Below, in pieces: positions 27,722-32,000 of a stretch of DNA of 32,000 nt (within the stretch, counting starts at the first letter, position 1; every line of letters begins with the position of its first letter). Source of the DNA: Paracoccus suum (GTDB lineage Bacteria > Pseudomonadota > Alphaproteobacteria > Rhodobacterales > Rhodobacteraceae). The position numbers and the translations under genes are program-made. The stretch is from assembly GCF_003324675.1 (NCBI RefSeq), contig NZ_CP030918.1:1020001-1052000 (forward strand), written 5' to 3'. Under the pieces are notes generated by a model that was not told the origin of the DNA, made no database searches, and saw only the letters and a list, made by a program, of their open reading frames with translations.

Positions 27722-27764
27722 TCCCCGGTCCGATATTTTGGAGGGCGCCGCCCGGCCGCGCAGG

Positions 27765-28499
27765 ATGCTCGTCACCGGTGGCTCGCGCGGCATCGGCCGT
27801 GCCACCGCCCTGATGGCGGCCGAGCGCGGCTGGGCCGTTGCGGTCAACTATCATAGCGCCAAGGCCGAGGCCGAGGCGGTCGTCGCCACGATCCGCGGGC
27901 AGGGCGGCACCGCCGTTGCCTTGCCCGCGGATGTCACGGTCGAGGCGGATGTGGGCCGCCTGTTCGCCGAGGCTGGCGCGGCGCTTGGCGGCCTCGATGC
28001 GGTTGTCATCAACGCGGGTATCGTCGCCGCATCCATGACGCTGGCCGAGATGAGCGCGGCGCGGCTGCGCAAGATGGTCGACACCAACCTGATGGGCGCG
28101 TTGCTCTGCGCCCGCGAGGCGGCGCGGATCCTGCCCCGACCGCGCGAGGAGGCCTCGGGCGCGATCGTGTTCGTCTCGTCCATCGCCGCCCGGCTGGGAT
28201 CGGCGGGGGAGTATGTGGACTATGCCGCGACCAAAGGGGCGGTGGACAGCCTGACCCTGGGCCTGTCGCGCGAGCTTGCGGCGCAGAACATTCGCGTGAA
28301 CGCCGTGCGGCCCGGGCTGATTGACACCGAAATCCACGCCAGTGGCGGGCTGCCCGACCGCGCCCTGCGCCTTGGCAAGCTGACCCCGATAGGCCGGCCC
28401 GGCACTGCGGAGGAGGTGGCCGAGGCGATTGTCTGGCTATGCAGCGAAGCTGCCTCCTACACCACGGGGGCGCTTCTGGACGTTGGCGGCGGCCGCTAG
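27765..28499 (+). CDS. SDR-family oxidoreductase
   Basis: Rossmann motif VTGGSRGIG, NAG, and the catalytic YxxxK (YAATKGA). The start is uncertain. ATG 27765 gives MLVTGG, while in-frame GTG 27714 or TTG 27738 would add 9 to 17 residues. The added segment overlaps a copy of the GATATTTTGG motif, so I favour 27765. Confidence 0.85.
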   Translation: MLVTGGSRGIGRATALMAAERGWAVAVNYHSAKAEAEAVVATIRGQGGTAVALPADVTVEADVGRLFAEAGAALGGLDAVVINAGIVAASMTLAEMSAARLRKMVDTNLMGALLCAREAARILPRPREEASGAIVFVSSIAARLGSAGEYVDYAATKGAVDSLTLGLSRELAAQNIRVNAVRPGLIDTEIHASGGLPDRALRLGKLTPIGRPGTAEEVAEAIVWLCSEAASYTTGALLDVGGGR

Positions 28500-28642
28500 G
28501 CTCGCGGTCAACTGTGACCGGAATGCACGGCGGCGAAACTTTGCCGGCGCAAGTTTCGGAACTCGCTTTTGCGAATCGACGTTCCTTTGCAGCATGGACA
28601 GGACGGCATCCAACGACCGTCCCCGCCAAGGAAGGAAACTTC

Positions 28643-28723
28643 ATGAGTGCGCCGAGCGTCATCATCAACCTGGGCTTTGCCATCGGCCTCGCTCTCGGAT
28701 CGGCGCTGCTGCTCGTCATATGA
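28643..28723 (+). CDS. Candidate 26-aa hydrophobic micro-protein
   Basis: MSAPSVIINLGFAIGLALGSALLLVI. The ATG is preceded by AAGGAAGGAAA, with the AGGA core about 6 nt upstream. An intrinsic terminator starts about 30 bp after the stop codon. I recognise no homology. Confidence 0.4.
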   Translation: MSAPSVIINLGFAIGLALGSALLLVI

Positions 28724-28751
28724 TCATGTCGCGGCAGCCGCGCTCGAAACG

Positions 28752-28790
28752 AAAAACCCCCGGTCCTGCGACCGGGGGTTATGCTTTGTT
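28752..28790. terminator. Bidirectional intrinsic terminator (ftsH on the minus strand, micro-ORF on the plus strand)
   Basis: A perfect 9-bp stem CCCCCGGTC-ctgc-GACCGGGGG (28757-28778). It is flanked by GAAAAA upstream and TTATGCTTTGTTT downstream. Confidence 0.85.
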
Positions 28791-28802
28791 TATTGCAAGC
28801 AA

Positions 28803-30701
<1,899 letters not shown>

Positions 30702-30781
30702 GGGCACATCCTCCGCGGAAGGGTTGGGGCGAACATAAGGCTTCGCGCGCAAGGTTCAATGCGCCGCATCCGCCAGCGCGT

Positions 30782-31954
30782 TCACATGGACAGGATTTGC
30801 CTGAAATCATTCAGATTGCGCAGCGGGGCGGCGTGGGTGCCTGCCAGCGGCAACGGCCCAAGGCAGGTCGCGCCACGCCACAGGGCGGGCGCTGCGCTGC
30901 CCGCGGATGCGGCAACGTGACACCCCGGCGGTACACCGGTGACACGCCAGCGCCCGTCCCAGATGCCGTCGTACTGCAAGGGCGCGGCCCGGGCGGCGGC
31001 CGCAGGCTCGCGTGTCAGGATGAGGAGGCCGGCGCGGGGGGTGGCGAGCATGCCGCCGAGGCTCGCACCCCGTCCGGCCTGCAGCGCATCGAGGGCCAGC
31101 CGAATCGTATCGCCGCGCGGCGGGTAGCCCGGGCCAGCCAGGACGCTCAGCGCTGCGCTGAGGATCATGCGCCGCACCTCGCGCGGGGCGGTATCAAAGG
31201 CGGGCCGGGGCAGGTGCAGGCTGCCATCGGGGTCCATCGCTGCACTGGCCATCGCCGTCGCCGCGACCTGCGCCAGTGCCGCGCGGGCCGAGGCGAGGTG
31301 CCGCGCGCTGTCCGCCAGCCGCGCCGGGTCCAGACCCGCGGCGTTGATCGCCGCGCGAACCCGCGCCCGGTCCAGCCGCAGGTCGTCATTGGTCGGATCA
31401 TCGATCCACTCGGCCCCGCGCCGGCGCAGAAAGTCGCGCAAGTCCTGCCGGCCGAGGTCCAGCAGCGGCCGCAGCCAGACCATGCCCTGCGCCTCGCGCC
31501 GGCTTTTCATCGCCGCCAGTCCGTCGATGCCCGCGCCCCGTCCCAGCCGCATCAGCAGCGTTTCAGCCACGTCGTCTCGGGTATGGCCTAGCGCCACCGC
31601 GGGCAGCGCCTCGGCCCGAGCCCAGTCCCCGATCATAGTCAGCCGCGCGTCACGCGCCGCCGCGGCCAGATTGCCGCTAGCGGCAGAGGAATCCCAATGC
31701 AGCGTGCGATGCGGGATTCCGAGGGTCGTGGCGGCGCGCCCGACCGCCGCCGCCTCCGCCGCTGAATCGGGCCGCAGCCCGTGATCGAGAGTCACCGCCG
31801 CCAGCCGCACGTCGCGGCGCGCGGCCCAGTCCGTCGCGAGGTGCATCAGCGCGGTCGAATCGCCCCCGCCGGACAGGGCAAGCCCCAGGGCAGGCAGGTC
31901 GCCCGCGAGAAGGTCGAGGGCCCGATGCGCCCGCGCCTCGGCCTCAGTCGCCAT
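30782..31954 (-). CDS. tilS: tRNA(Ile)-lysidine synthetase TilS
   Basis: PP-loop motif LSGGGDSTAL near the N-terminus, N-type ATP-pyrophosphatase fold features, and the conserved position directly upstream of ftsH. Confidence 0.88.
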   Translation of the reverse strand: MATEAEARAHRALDLLAGDLPALGLALSGGGDSTALMHLATDWAARRDVRLAAVTLDHGLRPDSAAEAAAVGRAATTLGIPHRTLHWDSSAASGNLAAAARDARLTMIGDWARAEALPAVALGHTRDDVAETLLMRLGRGAGIDGLAAMKSRREAQGMVWLRPLLDLGRQDLRDFLRRRGAEWIDDPTNDDLRLDRARVRAAINAAGLDPARLADSARHLASARAALAQVAATAMASAAMDPDGSLHLPRPAFDTAPREVRRMILSAALSVLAGPGYPPRGDTIRLALDALQAGRGASLGGMLATPRAGLLILTREPAAAARAAPLQYDGIWDGRWRVTGVPPGCHVAASAGSAAPALWRGATCLGPLPLAGTHAAPLRNLNDFRQILSM

Positions 31955-32000
31955 CGGCCAGGTCGGCCGCTGCCTCCGGGTCCATCGCGGCGCCGTCGGC
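31944..32000 (-). CDS. 3' end of an upstream CDS overlapping the tilS start (runs off the window)
   Basis: The minus-strand frame is open from the window edge and reads ...ADGAAMDPEAAADLADGD-stop. Its TGA (31946..31944) overlaps the tilS ATG region (ATGGCGACTGA). The fragment is too short to identify. Confidence 0.3.
   Translation of the reverse strand, partial: ADGAAMDPEAAADLADGD

Noticed and set aside
25895-27847. 650-aa minus-strand ORF, and the analogous 596-aa plus-strand ORF 29130..30920
   Set aside because: They lie antisense to sseA/tyrB and to ftsH respectively. They are shadow frames with no recognisable domains.

Overview
High-GC alphaproteobacterial chromosome segment, most likely Paracoccus (Rhodobacteraceae). 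The Rieske protein, cytochrome b, a cytochrome c1 with a long Ala/Pro/Glu-rich insertion, and a 394-aa TyrB-type aminotransferase all match my recollection of the P. denitrificans proteins. The window is densely coding, with about 30 credible CDS, and is essentially core genome. It holds a MerR / acyl-CoA dehydrogenase / thiolase operon, alkB, dnaK-dnaJ, radC, petABC (fbcFBC), and an overlapping M23-peptidase/bactofilin pair. It also holds an MFS and a small DMT transporter packed behind dnaB, pyrC-pyrE, gap, a TPP enzyme, smpB, a DUF1810 gene, an sseA-tyrB pair, an SDR and tilS-ftsH. I found no rRNA, tRNA, tmRNA, CRISPR array, transposase, integrase, phage gene or recognisable defence/toxin module, and no convincing novel multi-gene system. 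The long extra ORFs in the six-frame track are GC-driven shadow frames of real genes. The items worth a second look are mostly non-coding or architectural. (1) A perfect 13-copy heptanucleotide array lies inside a 467-bp terminator-bounded orphan spacer. (2) A pair of 20-bp inverted repeats (19/20 match) encloses 158 nt (198 bp end to end) between two genes of the fatty-acid operon, and the related AT-rich motif GATATTTG recurs at other gene boundaries. (3) The disordered acidic insertion in cytochrome c1 appears unusually long. (4) A 26-codon hydrophobic ORF has a very strong Shine-Dalgarno and its own terminator. (5) The sseA-tyrB linkage would encode a complete cysteine to 3-mercaptopyruvate to persulfide route. 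(6) DnaA-box-like sites lie upstream of dnaB. All functional calls rest on recognising conserved motifs by eye, and no database search was possible.
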